This document shows positions 48,201 through 61,779 of a stretch of DNA of 64,000 nt, piece by piece. The notes beneath the pieces were generated by a model, which saw nothing but the letters and a program-made list of their open reading frames with translations, was not told the DNA's origin and did no database searches. Position 1 is the stretch's first letter. Every line of letters starts with the position of its first letter. The position numbers and the translations under genes were made by a program. This DNA is from a virus (lineage: Duplodnaviria > Caudoviricetes): IMG/VR virus record IMGVR_UViG_3300031555_002578; one strand, 5' to 3'.

Positions 48201-50625
48201 GCCAACATTTGTTCAGCAGTACATACCTGCTTATCTACATTTCTGATTTTATGCTGTTTGCTGATATATTCGTTATAAGGTTTTTTCATAGTGTCTACTT
48301 CCTTTCGTGTTGTGTGCTTTTGTCTTACTTCTCCTTTATTGTATCACAACCTTTTCGGAATGTCAACACCTTTTTAGAAATTTTATAAGATTTTTTATCT
48401 TATCTTTCATTGCTGAAATAATGAGCATTGATATATTTTCTCCATTTATACAGATTATGTACCAGTTCGTCAATGCCTGTAGCATATTCAATTCTAGGAT
48501 AGAATGGAGAATTTGTATTGTATCTTACATACATTTTGTATTCGCCATTCATTCTTTCAAATGTCCATTCAGTATTGTCTACACTTCTTCCGTCAATGAT
48601 TCTAAAAGAATAGTTTTTATTCACAATACCTTTTTCCAAAAATCTCTTGCAGTCTGCCTTGCTAGTAATTTTGAAAGGTTTTCTACCTTTATACATTCCT
48701 GCATCCCACATCATCATTTCATTGTTCAGTACATCATTATAGATTCTTACCATAATACCATTCCTTTCATTGTCTACACTTGTTTGTGGTTTCGTTTATC
48801 TTTATATACATATTACCACAAAAACATTGTGCTGTCAACACCTTTTCGGAAAGTTTTTTAAGGAATTTATAATTTAGTTTCTAAAATCATAATTGTTCAT
48901 ATTATGGTATTACTACCTTCTTATATCCACTTTATAGCCCCTGTATCAGTCAGATGCTATAAACTGGATACAAGTATCCAGTCATAAGATAAACGCACAC
49001 ACAAGCCAAGGAAAGGCTCAAAATATAGTCTATATATCCGATAGGATATATGGATTATCAAAATTCATAGTCATAATAATATTCTGCTATACCAAAGGAT
49101 ACATTTGCCCTATGGTATTTTGTAATTTTACCCTTTGTCTTTAATTTATCAATATCAATACTGTTTTGTGCAAGGAATAATTGCACATGAATATCATCAA
49201 TCTCATTGAGAATATCTTTCGTTACAATAATTGTCCAATACCAGTATTTACCTCTTTTTGTCATAATTCTAATAGGTTTATCTGGATTACTAAACAGTTC
49301 CCAAGTATTAGTCATAGGTTCACCAATACTCTTATGGTCAAGTTCACGCACTTTAATATGCTTTTGGTCTGTCACTTCCACAACTTCGTATGGATGCCTG
49401 TCAGACCAAGAATATTCTGTCATTCCTGTACCTACTTTGATTTCGTCACAAAACATTCTATTTTCTTCCAGTCTATTACTCAGACTTCCATACCAAGTTT
49501 TGCTCATAAATTCCACCCCTTATTCTTCAATCAAATGGTAAACATCAATCTTCCATACAATAGGATAAACTTCATCCATTGTCCCCATAGACACATCCCA
49601 GTCAAACCATTCTGCACAATTATCAAGTCCGTCAATGATATGTCTTGCAACACCCATATCATCCTCTTTGATAAAATGAATTGCCATATCTTTCATGCTT
49701 TCTCTATCATGGATACAGTTTTCTTCTTCATTTAACTGTATCATAAGTTCATTAAAAGATTTATTATCATAGTCCTGTCTTGTCATAGATAAAACCCTTC
49801 TTTCATCTAAATATCAACTTCCTTACTGTATCTCTTTACTATAATATATCATACTTTATATGTTTTGTCAACATATTTTTTCAAATTTTATTCTGATTTT
49901 CCATATCCTCTAGGCAATAACATTTTCCCTAATTTAATAGCCAACTTATCAATTTCTGTTGGTCTGATAGGTTCATATCCTAATGCCTGTTCATATGTAA
50001 TGTCAAGCACTTCTCCTGTATTCTTATCCATTGCTTTCCATTTACCTTTGCCATTTTCAATCTTACGATATAAGTCATAATTATTGATATAGGATACATA
50101 ATCATATCCATTTAATTTATCATTCATATTGCACATCCTTCCATGTTCCATCTGCTTTTCTCTGTCTTACTTCCAGATTGATTATTTCTGCCCACGCAGA
50201 CTGTATATCCATATAAAAAGCAATATCTTTATTGTATGGTCTATACCCAATAATTTCTACATTTTCATTGTATACACAATACAGACCATCAAAAAATTTA
50301 TAGGATACTTCCCACATATCACCAAGTTCTTTATTGCTTAACAGTTTCAGACCAAGTGCGTCTGTTACCAGTTCAATATGTTCCATCTTTACAAATCCTT
50401 TGTTGATTTCATTTCTGTGCTGTGCATATTTTCTAAAGGCAAGTTCTACAATACCTCTCATCCCTTCCAATGTCATGTGTTTTTCTCCTTCCTTATATCC
50501 TTTACTTTATCTTCTCCTTTATTATACACCCTTTTCATTGTGTTGTCAATAGGTTTTTCTTAATTTGCACAACTTTTTTTATAAGGATATGAGCAAGTAT
50601 TTCTCCTGCCCATATCCTCTTTTGT

Positions 50626-51858
50626 TTAGTCTAATGTAAAGCGTTTAACCTTAACTCTGCACTTAGTAACTTCTGTCTGTTTTTCTCCTTTATATTCTTT
50701 ATGTTCTTTAACTGTCGCAGTCAGTACAATGTCTTTTCTATCAAGGATTGTAGTAGTTTTCCAAGTCAAAACATTATCATTTGTATCTGTGATTTTATAA
50801 ACTCTTACATAACCATAGATTGTTTCCCAACCTGTAATTACTTCAAAATCTTTCACATCAACTGTGATTCTTTCTCCTACTTCACCGATATGATTACTTT
50901 TTGCCCTCTGTTCTGCTCTTTCCTTCTGTTCTTTTGCATATTCCGTTTCTCTTTGGATATGTTTGTAATAACAAGGAATGATGCTCACCAGAATACCTAA
51001 ATCCTTAAATCTAGTGTATTCACCCTTTGCAACTGTCTGTGCATTGTGCAGATAATTGTTTGTTGCTTCTACATTCTGCATCCACTCCAATGCTTTCTGT
51101 GCTGTTTCCTTTACTTCTTCTGCTTCAATGTTGAAATTTTCATTTTCCAATTTCTTAATTGTTTCTTCAATGAATTTATCTTTATATCTGATTCCACCAT
51201 ATACAAAGTATTCAATAGCAATGTGCGTTCTGTTTGCTGTGGAATAAATTTCTCCATAAGTATTCTTCTTTTCATATCCAAAAACTCTGATTACTTCAAC
51301 TGCTGTTTCCAGTGCAGAAATTGTTTTGCACATCGGCTCATATCTTTCAAATGTATTAGGCTGTTCCCCTTCAATGATTTCATCAACCATATCAAGCATT
51401 TTAGCAATCAGTTCTGCATCCATACCGTTTGTATAGTCTTTTAGACAAGACTTGCCAACTTGTTTAAATTCGCCTGTAACAATGTTCTGCACAAGATATG
51501 TATTTTTTCTTCTGCGTTTTGTATTACAGTGTTCACATACTGTATTTGTGTTATAATATCTTTCTGGTACTTCAATTCCAGATACACCTCTAAAGATATT
51601 GCCATGTTCTGTATGATTGATTTCGCAAACAAACTGCCAATTATTGATTACTGCTTTTCCTTCTGCTTCAACTACAATATAATTCATCGGTACTTTATGT
51701 TCTGCCACTGTACCTTTATGGATTGTAGTTTCAATTACTTCTTCACCCACTCTTTCATAGTGAAAGTGTGTCCCATACTTATTGCATTTGTTCTGGATTC
51801 TTTTGATTTTCTTTTCCAGTTTTTCAATGTTTCCTTCCAAGATTCTGTATGTTCCCAT
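50626..51858 (-). CDS. Conserved phage protein with Zn-binding motif and C-terminal OB-fold-like domain
   Basis: CEHCNTKRRRK..QVGKSCL; HIGEVGERI..YG..WKT..TVKEH.EYKGEKQT. Confidence 0.7.
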   Translation of the reverse strand: MGTYRILEGNIEKLEKKIKRIQNKCNKYGTHFHYERVGEEVIETTIHKGTVAEHKVPMNYIVVEAEGKAVINNWQFVCEINHTEHGNIFRGVSGIEVPERYYNTNTVCEHCNTKRRRKNTYLVQNIVTGEFKQVGKSCLKDYTNGMDAELIAKMLDMVDEIIEGEQPNTFERYEPMCKTISALETAVEVIRVFGYEKKNTYGEIYSTANRTHIAIEYFVYGGIRYKDKFIEETIKKLENENFNIEAEEVKETAQKALEWMQNVEATNNYLHNAQTVAKGEYTRFKDLGILVSIIPCYYKHIQRETEYAKEQKERAEQRAKSNHIGEVGERITVDVKDFEVITGWETIYGYVRVYKITDTNDNVLTWKTTTILDRKDIVLTATVKEHKEYKGEKQTEVTKCRVKVKRFTLD

Positions 51859-54800
51859 AATCTTCTTCCTTCCTGTGTGTTTGTGTGTGTTTTTGGTTTA
51901 TCTTTACTTCTCTTATAGAATACCACAACTATTACGTTGTGTCAATACTTTTTCGTAAATTTTATAAAGTTTTTTCTTTCCGTTTACTGCCACAAAATAG
52001 AATACAGACACCTTGTATTAGCCTGTATTCCGTTTTCTAACAGTATTTCCATTCCTATAATGGTATTCCATTACCTTCTTATTAAATGCCCTGTAATAGC
52101 CTGTCAGACCTTCAAATTAGGACACAAACCTAGTCCACCATCGACTTGTGGTACTCGTCTATAAGCACCCATGTGGATACATTTTTCCCTTTCACAATTA
52201 GGACAATAACACTTTTTATATTCTTCGTATGTCATTTTCCAGTTCGTCCGTGTTTCAAATTCTTCCTTAGTCAACATAATATCATACTCCTTTCCTGTCA
52301 GTCGATAATATCACAATAGATATAGTCTGCATCCTTATATCTCATTACAACTGTACTCTTTTCGTCTGTATGCACCAGACCAACTACCAGAAAACAGTTT
52401 TCCTTAAAATTGTCAAACAAATCTGTAGGAATTTTCACCATATTGTTTTCCACTTCCAGTTCACCTTCTTCAAAGTAAATGTCTGGAAGTTCATAATGCT
52501 CTTTCAGATTTTCCGCAACATCCTGTCTGATAATATCCTTTTCAGTTTCCATAAGCATAGATGCACTATGAATAGCATAGTCAAATTCTGCAATGATTCT
52601 GATTAATTCAGACTTATCCATACTGTATCCATTGGTCAAAATCCAGTCATAGGCTCTGTTATCTTTTACTGCTTCGATAAACTGTTTCATTTTTTCCATA
52701 ATGATTCCCCTTCCGTTATCTGATTTCCATTCCTACGATTTCCCATTCGTCCTCTGCAACTTCTTTATAAATAGGACGAATATCATATTTTTTATTTGCA
52801 TTTATAACTCCAAAACCTGCATTATCAAAAGTTTCCCAAGATTCTGTATAGGATTCTCCGTTCCATCCATGTAAACAATACAGTTTTCCGTCAATTTCCC
52901 ATACTTCAATATCTGGTTTATTCCAAAATCTGCCTACCTTTTTACTCATTGTATCCTTCCTTCCTGTTGTTTGTTTTGTCTTACTTCTCTTATAGAGTAC
53001 CACAACTTTTTTACTGTGTCAATACTTTTTTTGTTTCCTTTTAGGATTTTCTGTATCTCTGATTGATACAAATTCTAGCACATAATTATGTGCTAGGCTT
53101 TCTGTCAATCAAAACTCTCTCAGAATAGTGAATTTTCCATTTGCAAGTTTGATACAAGCAAACACATCTTCTCCACTCTCCTTGTGTGCTTCACTCATAT
53201 AAAAATGCAGTTCTCCGTTTGAATACCAATAGTCCTCTACCATTTCTGGATAGATAGATTTTACATAATTGATATATTCCTGTTTATTTGCTTTCATATT
53301 TTCCACTCCTTACCAAGTATAACTTTCTTCGATTACTTCCAGACTTGCTTTTGTTTCCAGTTCATCAAGTTCTTTCAGTTCTTCTTCCGTCAGTTCGTAT
53401 GCACTTTCTTTCTGATATAGATAGTTCAAACGATTATATTCATATCCTGTCAACATTACTGATTCACTTCCTTTTCCAAAATATACATATCTCCTGTATC
53501 TGTATACAATGTCAGTACCATTGTATCATCTTCCATATCCGTTTCCCAACTTGTTACTGTATTCAAGTCAAGATTATCTTTTGCTGTTTCCATCGGCATA
53601 GGCTGTGCCATAGATGCAATAATTGCTATAATCATAAATACTTTCATTATGTTTCTCCTTCCTGTGTGTGTCTTATCTTCTCTTATAGAATATCACATTT
53701 CCGTTCCTCTGTCAACTCCTTTTCGTTGTTTTTGTAAAGTTTTTTCTTTTCCGTTGTACCTCTAATTAGTAGTACGGAAAACTCCGCACTACCTCAAAAA
53801 GCACACATAAGAAAAAAGATTTTTATTAGTCAATATTGAAACAGATTCCACCACCCATAATTTTATGGGATACTCCGTTCCAAGTATTGATTTCTACACC
53901 TTCATATTCGTCTGGAATATCATCAGACCATCCACTCCAAACCACATCACCTGTTTTAGCAGACCAGATTTCTACATACTGGCTATCCATTGCATAATAA
54001 ATAAAATCGTTAATTGTCATATTGATTCCACCTTCCTTATACCTCTACATCCTCAATATAGTATTCTCTATCGTTGCTATCATAATATTCTTTTCCATAT
54101 CCTCTGAATACTACTCTGCCTGTTGGTATCCATCCGTTCCATCGTTCAATTTCAAACAATGCTTCTTCTCCGTACTGTAACCAAGTCTGGCAATATTCCT
54201 CTGGAGTACCTTCATAATATGTTGTGGAATTATAGTTATATTCACCTTTATCGTTCTGAAATTCAAAACTCCATCCACAACATAAACCATCAATTTGTCC
54301 TTTATATTCCTTGTCTGGAATATTAAAACCAGCATAACTTTCGCTGTTCTTAATGATTTCGTATGTCATATTCAATTCCCCTTCCTCTGTTATCTGAAAA
54401 AATCTCCTTTTGCAAAACTGATTGCACTTGAACAAATCATACCAAAAATGTATGTATACTCATCACTTGTGATTTCATCCAGTAGCACCATCTGATTCAA
54501 TTCTACTTCAATATCTCTTGCACTGGAACACCATAAGTACTCTGTTGTTTTTGTGTTCCCATCATTATCCTTGATTTCACAAAACTTCATGTGCTTTTTT
54601 CTCATCAAGTCATAAACTGCCTTGCATTTCCGTTTTCTCATGCTTAATTCCCCTTCCTCTGTGCTTTCCATTCTGCATACAGTTCCTTGATTTCCTCTTT
54701 TGCATCCATATCAGATACAGGAATATCAAGATATGTTTCATGGAAATTATCTGTTCCAAAACCATAAGATTCATAGCCATGTTTTCTAAGATATGATTCA

Positions 54801-56510
54801 AAATCATCCAGAATTGCATTGTGTTCCTGTTCAGACTTCGCACCAGATACCATAAATTCGTATCCTCTGGACTTTACAAAAGATACCATTTTATCTTTCT
54901 GATAGTCATATCGTTCCTCTTTCAGAACACTATATTTAAGGCTTGTTCTCATGCTTTCCACTTCCTTCCTTCTCCTATAGGATACCACATTTCCTGTATC
55001 CTGTCAACACCTTTTTTGTGTTTATTTTAAGATTTTCCTGTGGTGAATTGCCACAAGGAAAGAATGGAAAGATTTTCCATTCAAACCTTCTATCAACTCA
55101 ACTCCACTGTGCATCCTCTGTGTATTCATCATCCAGTTCCACTTCCCAAGCGTTGAGAATAGTTCCATCATGCTTCGCCTTGATATTTCCATCCTTCTGC
55201 ACTTCATAACAGATACATTCCTTTGTATCCTGTGATACGATAGGATAGCAACCATATTCACAAGGGACTGCCCTTCCAGACTTGACCCAACTAGGATTCG
55301 TTGCATCTGTTCCAAGTTCATTGATTTCCTTATCAAGCATATATACTCTGCGATATCTTCCATCCATCAGAATATAATTTCCTTCCAAGATTTCCTGTCC
55401 GTACTTATCAAAATAATGATACTTACCAGATGTTCTGTCACATTTAATCATACTGATTCCTTCCTTCCTTTATTCACTTGTAAATGTTCGTTCCATGCTT
55501 ATATTATAGCAAATGTCCTCTGCTATGTCAAGCACTTTTTATTGTTTTGATTCAGATTTTCCTTTTCCATCTGCAATCAAATGGTGGGACACTTAATGTC
55601 CCATCAGTTCATTCCAGATTAGAGAACACTTATTCTTTCCGCAACTGCCCAAAATTTTCCGTCAATGTATACTATGTTCGTTTTTTTCTCAATTCTGTAT
55701 ACATAACCATATAATTCTGATTCAGCATAGATGCTTCTGCTTGTTTCTTTTATCCATTTAAGATAGTATGCAAATTTTCCTGCACCACATTCAATGTTTA
55801 CATAATCATGTTCCATGTCCATTCCCCTTTCTGTATGTAAGATAGGATATTCCCACCTTTTTAGTGGGAACATCCTTCTGCTCTGTTATCTTCTAAACCA
55901 TCTGCGAAAACCTTTTTTCCATTCCTTCTGTTCATCCTCTGTCAGATGTTCCAGTTCTACCATTTCAGTGCAGAATGGACTGATTCTCTTTCCGACTTTC
56001 ATTACCAATACCCAACAGGTTTTTGTTTCTGGATTATCCAGAACAATTACAACCTTCTGTTCTGCTCTAAGAATAGGACTATTCGCATTTTTATACATTT
56101 CCATTACATCCCTATATCCAAAGGAATTATGGATTCCAGTACAACCACCGCTAATATAGAATTTACCATCATTCAGATATAGTTTTCCTTCCTTGTGCAT
56201 TGTCCCATAGGATTCACTTGTAAATTCCACTCTACAAGTATCACCACAAGGATAGAATGTACTTCCTTCGCTGTATGGTTTGCTCATATCCATCTTTAAT
56301 ACTGGAAACTGTGTGCTGTTCATTGCATAGGCAATGTGGTGTCTGTCTGTTAAATACATCATGTTTCATTCCTCTTTTCTGTGTGTGCTGTGTGTTTTTG
56401 ATTTCCTCTGTATTGTATCACAAAGTTTTCCCTGTGTCAATACAGTTTTTCCTATCTGTTGATAGAAAAATCAAAGTCCACAAGTTTCCTCATGGACTTT
56501 AGTTCGCCTA

Positions 56511-56864
56511 TCATACAAAGTACATTTCGCCATTGATTTCCATTGCTACTGCATCCTGTTTCAGTCTGTCCCTCAATTCCTCTGCTTTTTCAATCACTCT
56601 GTCGATATTTTTCATCAAGTCTGATTCCTTGCAGTATGCGAATACTGTTGTGGACTTCTCTTTTACCAGACCCATTGTAGGACTATTCCAATAGCCTAAA
56701 GTCTGAGTAGCAGTAGCACCGCCAAAACATTCGGAAAACAGTGTTGCGACTTCCTCTACATACTGCGTATTGTCAATTTCCTCATTGATATTGATTGTCG
56801 CAGGAACAATGATTGTTACTTTGCTGTTCAATTTGAAAAGGTTTTCCAGTTTTGCATTTTTCAT
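56511..56864 (-). CDS. DUF3574-like protein
   Basis: VPAT..FGGAT....GYW..LVKE..LKQDAVAME motif. Confidence 0.55.
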   Translation of the reverse strand: MKNAKLENLFKLNSKVTIIVPATININEEIDNTQYVEEVATLFSECFGGATATQTLGYWNSPTMGLVKEKSTTVFAYCKESDLMKNIDRVIEKAEELRDRLKQDAVAMEINGEMYFV

Positions 56865-57984
56865 AGTTTTACTTCCTTCCTTCTGTGTCCTTGTTTTTAG
56901 TTTCTATATACATACTATCACAACGAAAATGCTGTGTCAATATGTTTTTTTCAAATTTCCATCGGAAACTTGTAAAAGCCTACAAAAACCATCTGCTTTT
57001 ATAGGCTTTAGCAATCATCCGATTTATTCCCAAAACAGAATACAGTCTTTTTCTGCATCCATCACATCATCAGTTCTGATAATGCGTTCTAAATCAGATA
57101 AATAGATTTCAAGGAAAGTACCATAATCACTTTCCATTCCTAAGTAAGTGTCATGTTTTTCCTGTAAATCATCTGTATATTTAACAGTGTTCCATGCCCT
57201 TTTAACTGTGAAATTGAAAAGTCTAGGCAATGGACTAGATTTAGACACTACAAAAAAAGAATATCTTTTCCCTGTCATTTCATGTGGTACTTCCTCTGTT
57301 GTATCATCATCATACATTCCTTCATAATAATCATTATCAACTGGATATGTTTCCCAAAATCCATCATCCATACAAATCCCACCAAAACCCTCTGGATAGC
57401 GTTCTGTCAAGTCTGGAATATAAGTCATGATTCATTCCCCTTCCTCTGTGCATTTGATTATGTCAACTATGATTTACTCTGATAGTAAATCGACAAAAGG
57501 GAACAAGCGTTTCCCTGTTCCCCTTTAGCAATTCGCCTATCTGTTATGGTCTGATAATTAAATTTGTATAAATTGCATAAAAATCAATATTTTCTGTAAC
57601 TTCAAAAGTTTCTTTTCCACCATATTCATCGTATGTTACAATATAATTTTTCCCATTTTCATGATAGATTACAATTCTGCATCCGTTGAACATTGTCTTG
57701 TCAAACATCCAGTTTTTTTCTGGTTCTTTCAGCATTTTTTCTACTGCATTTTCAATAGCAATTCTCCATTTTTTCGCTAATTGCCATTCTTTGCGAAATT
57801 CATTGATTCTTTTTTCCTCTGCTATATCTTTTTTTGTTTTTTTCTGTCTGCCTAACCAATAAAGTTCACTACAAGTTCCCATAATCATTCCCCTTCCATT
57901 TTTTTGTTCATGCTCTGCGGACTTGTGACCGCCATCGGTAGCATTAAAGCGGGACTTTTTGTGTCCCACTCCACTCTGCTTTTA

Positions 57985-58263
57985 TTATCCAATATTTCTC
58001 CATCCAATATTGTCGCAGTACCAATAATTCCCTTTGTAGTATACCACATCAGATACACTCATGGAATGTCCTTTGAAGTCATGTGGTCTGTCCAGATTGA
58101 ATATTTCAAAAATTCCATCAAGACTGATTCCTTCTCTGACTTTTCCTGTCCATTTCAGTTCATAGATTGAAAAATCAAATCTGTCCTTTACTCTGTCCCA
58201 ACTGCGGAAAATATGTCCTTCTGTATCCCAATCAATATTAATCTGATAAATTTTAATAATCAT
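57985..58263 (-). CDS. YodL-domain protein
   Basis: IYQI..LDGIFEIFNLDRPHDFKGHSMSVSDVV..YCDNIGW. Confidence 0.8.
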   Translation of the reverse strand: MIIKIYQINIDWDTEGHIFRSWDRVKDRFDFSIYELKWTGKVREGISLDGIFEIFNLDRPHDFKGHSMSVSDVVYYKGNYWYCDNIGWRNIG

Positions 58264-58632
58264 TTTTCATTCCCCTTCCCATCAGATAGCACAACCCTGT
58301 GCATACATAAATTCTCTGTATTCTGCATCTGTATCCAGTTCCGCAGATTTTCCAGATTTTCCCATCAGTTTCCATAAAATTTTTCTCATTTTGTTTCTTC
58401 CTTCCTTCCTTGTCTTGTGCTTTTGGTTTCCTCTGTGTTTAAGAACACAATCGGATAGCAAGGGAACATCCGTTCCCTTCCTATCTCTATCTGTTCTCAA
58501 AATAACTGCATCAGACTGTCGTATCCCATTAGATGCAAAAATCCAATCGCATAGAAACAACCAACGATTGCAGTAAATCCAATGAATGTCAAGATATTTT
58601 CAACTGCTTTTCTCATACTCTGCAACCCCTTT

Positions 58633-58914
58633 TCAAATATTTTCATATCCAACGTCCATGACTGTATCTGTGTCACAATCCCACTGCTTTTTATTGATTT
58701 CAGAAAATCCAAAAAGGACACGAAAAGCGTTTACATGACGCAATGTTGTAGGACTGTATCCTTCCCAAGTACGGAAAAAGTGTCCGTCTGCATCAATTAC
58801 GGCAACTACAGTGCTATAAGACTGTAAAAATGTGCATCCATTATCAAAAAAATAGTGTGCTTTTTTGTAAAAAGATTTTTGACCTCTGTGTGGTTTCAGT
58901 TCAAATTTTTTCAT
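58633..58914 (-). CDS. Conserved phage hypothetical protein
   Basis: KSFY.KA..LQSYSTVVA..YS.TT.RHV motif. Confidence 0.65.
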   Translation of the reverse strand: MKKFELKPHRGQKSFYKKAHYFFDNGCTFLQSYSTVVAVIDADGHFFRTWEGYSPTTLRHVNAFRVLFGFSEINKKQWDCDTDTVMDVGYENI

Positions 58915-59012
58915 AAATCATACCTCTTTTCTGTGTTTTGTGTGCTTTTGGTTTCTAGTGTGAATACACCATAAAAGACACGAATTTTTGTTCGTGTCCT
59001 TCCTTGCTATAT

Positions 59013-59507
59013 TCAACCTTTGATATACATTCTGGTTTTTGTGTCAACTTTTTCAGACCCATTTTTTTCTCTGATTTCTTCAAAGTTTTTAGAATAGGAC
59101 TTGTGTTTTTTCTCTGTGTTTTCAATGCCAGAAAACCAGTACCATTTTTTATATTTTCCGCTAAACTGAAAACCAGCATTTTTCAGTGTTTCTTTATGTG
59201 TGTAAGTGTTACCAGATACCCACACCCAAGACCCACAAATTTCGATATCCAGACCTTCACAGAAAATAATTTTTTCCAGAATTTCCACAAACATTTCAGC
59301 GGTTTCAGAAGTCTGTTTTTTGCCTTCTGCTTTTGCTTTTGCGTTATCGGATTTTTTCAGCACTTCAAACATTGCCTTGTATTCTGTGATAATTTCGCCC
59401 ATTGTGGCATTATCACCGCCGTTGTCTGGATGGTACTTTTTGCAAAGTTCCTTGTATGCCTTTTTCAGTTCTTCCAGATTTTTACAGTTTGCAAAATATT
59501 TTTTCAT
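59013..59507 (-). CDS. J-domain (DnaJ-like) protein
   Basis: LKKAYKELCKKYHPDNGG (HPD motif); C-terminal EICGSWVWV..K.WYW domain. Confidence 0.85.
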   Translation of the reverse strand: MKKYFANCKNLEELKKAYKELCKKYHPDNGGDNATMGEIITEYKAMFEVLKKSDNAKAKAEGKKQTSETAEMFVEILEKIIFCEGLDIEICGSWVWVSGNTYTHKETLKNAGFQFSGKYKKWYWFSGIENTEKKHKSYSKNFEEIREKNGSEKVDTKTRMYIKG

Positions 59508-60723
59508 AAAATAACCTTCTTTCGTTTTTGTGTGCTTTTTTACCTTCTCAAAATACCGAAAGCCTTGATTTTTCGGTACTTTGAGAAAATAAAAGGCGGT
59601 TTGTTTACCGCCTTATTTTCATTCAATAATTTCAAAATTTGTGATGCAAATATCAGCAAGGTAGCACATACAATTCTCAATATCCAAATAGAATTTTGCG
59701 TGTTTTTCGTTGCTATGTTCTACAATGTTTTTTGCAATTTCAAAAATATCATTCGTTGTGATGTTTTCTTGTTTTGCAAATTTTCTTGCGATTCTGTTAT
59801 TCCCAAAAAGCAAATTTTCATAATCCGCATTGTTTCCGCTTGTATACAAGTTATACTTGATACAAAAATTTCTTAAATCATAAGCGTTGATTCTTCTTGT
59901 TTCCTTAATTTTCATAGTAAAACCTCTTTTCTGTATACTCTTTTTCCCATTGTAAAAACCTTGAATTTTCCGTATTTTTCAAGGCTTTTTCATAGGAAAA
60001 AAGGGGTTTTGCAACCCCTGTATTTTCTATGATAAAATCAGACCAAAATGGATTTTTAAGCATAAATCCGTAAAACTGCCGACTTACTTTTTCAGTCGCT
60101 TTTTTTGCTCTTGCCTGCCTGCCCCTGCCGACACCCTTCAAAGTTACTTTGAAGCCGTCATTCACTCACAGCCATTCTACAGGGACAAGTCAACCTGTAG
60201 TCGGTACTGATAAGGGATACCATTCCCGTAAGGGACTGCCCCTTACACTTGATATGTTACTACAAGTCACAACGAAAAACAAGTACTTTTTAAGGATTTC
60301 ATTTATGTTTGTGCAAAATTACTTGAAATTCATTGTTTTTATATGTTTTTTGACCGTATTTTATACAATTTGCACAAAAACAGACTGAAATATATTTCAG
60401 TAAATGAACAAAAAAGTTTTGTATTTCTAAACTTTTTGTTTAATATATTAAAATCAGACCATAAAAAAGCCAAAAAACGGGAACACTTGTTTGCTTAATG
60501 CGAAAAAATATTCGTATAAATTAGCGAAAATTTTACATTGTGTTCGCTTTTGTTCGCCTTTTTTGAGTGAAAAAATGCTTAAATGAATAAAATTTTATTT
60601 ATTTATTGAAATATATTTTATTATCATTTTTGAGAATACGAATATATGTTCTTTTTTTGCTGAAAATACCTCTTTTGTACTTGTATCACGCACATTTGTC
60701 TATGTATGGAAATACACCCTTCT

Positions 60724-60752
60724 CAGGCGTTTACAGGCGTTTACAGGCGTTT
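60724..60752 (+). repeat. 10-bp tandem repeat x3 (CAGGCGTTTA)
   Basis: Directly visible in the sequence. Confidence 0.9.
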
Positions 60753-61779
60753 TTCGTATCTATGATAGAATAAATCAAGTTATGGTATAAATACGCTTAA
60801 ATAGGCGTATACGGCTTTATAACGGTATTCTATGCTTTTTTCTGTATTATCTGCGGAAAATAGGCAAGGCAAGGAAACTGAAAAATAATTCACTCTTTTT
60901 TATGTTAGAATGAAATATATTTTAGTATATTACTTGAATAAACAATATTTTATTGATTGAATTATAATTCAGTCGCAGGTCGTACACTTTAGCGGAATAA
61001 AGTAACATATAAAACATATAGGAATTTAATACTTTGCAGTGATAAAGTAACCTACTTTGCAAATAGGATTTATTGTATTTTACTTGAGTAAAGTATCCTA
61101 GTGTTTTAGTATGTTATACAAATTGCACAAAACATACTACCCTACTATGTTTTTGTTTATTTTGTATAGAATTTCAAATAAAATTGATATATATAAGGTA
61201 AAACTGAAATATTGCACAATTTATCATTTTTGAGAATTTTTTATAGTGCATATTGCATAATAACTTTACACTATTTTTTGTGCATATTGCAATATAGCAA
61301 CGGAAATTGTGCCTAATTTTAGACTGATTTTTGCCCTATTTTTTGACGCCCCTTTGTACGGCGTTTTCTAAACTTATTTGATATGTTTATCAATCATATA
61401 AAAAAACGCTTAGACGGGCGTATACGGGCTTGTGGGGCGTGTGGTTTACCATAATTTTATATTTTACGGATATTCTCATTTTTGAGAAAATAAAGGAAAA
61501 TACTGTATACATGATAGAATTTTGATGCATCATGTGGTATTTGATACTATGTTATATGATATAATAATATGTGATATAGTTTTGAATACTACATATATGC
61601 TACTATTCATATTATTTTAATAGGATTATATCATTGTATTCATATTCTAATTATAGGAATTGATAGTATAGTTTTCTGATAGGATTTATAATGAATAGTA
61701 AAATTGTAGGATATAAAAATAAAGCCTATCGGAATTATAGGCATTGAGAAGTATTCATAGATGCATTGTAGGAGTTAAC

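Larger units (their letters stand above)
27101..56940 (-). promoter_or_regulatory. Dispersed family of about 22 early sigma-A promoter cassettes
   Basis: TTGACA (once TTGACT)-17 nt-TAnnnT, usually with TGTGn before the -10. Left coordinates: 27101, 29942, 32894, 35390, 36596, 38681, 40005, 42479, 44264, 44944, 45315, 46468, 47065, 47841, 48338, 48810, 49843, 50521, 51917, 52994, 53687, 54979, 55503, 56412, 56912 (each 29 bp; a few have weak -10 boxes). Confidence 0.85.
53061..59587 (-). repeat. Family of long imperfect intergenic hairpins
   Basis: 53061-53110, 55575-55620, 56461-56512, 56961-57023, 57481-57541, 58439-58500, 58961-59015, 59545-59587. Confidence 0.65.

Noticed and set aside
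58463-58476. Perfect GAAC-N4-GTTC LexA-like box
   Set aside because: It is the apex of a longer hairpin of the intergenic family and is not near a promoter.
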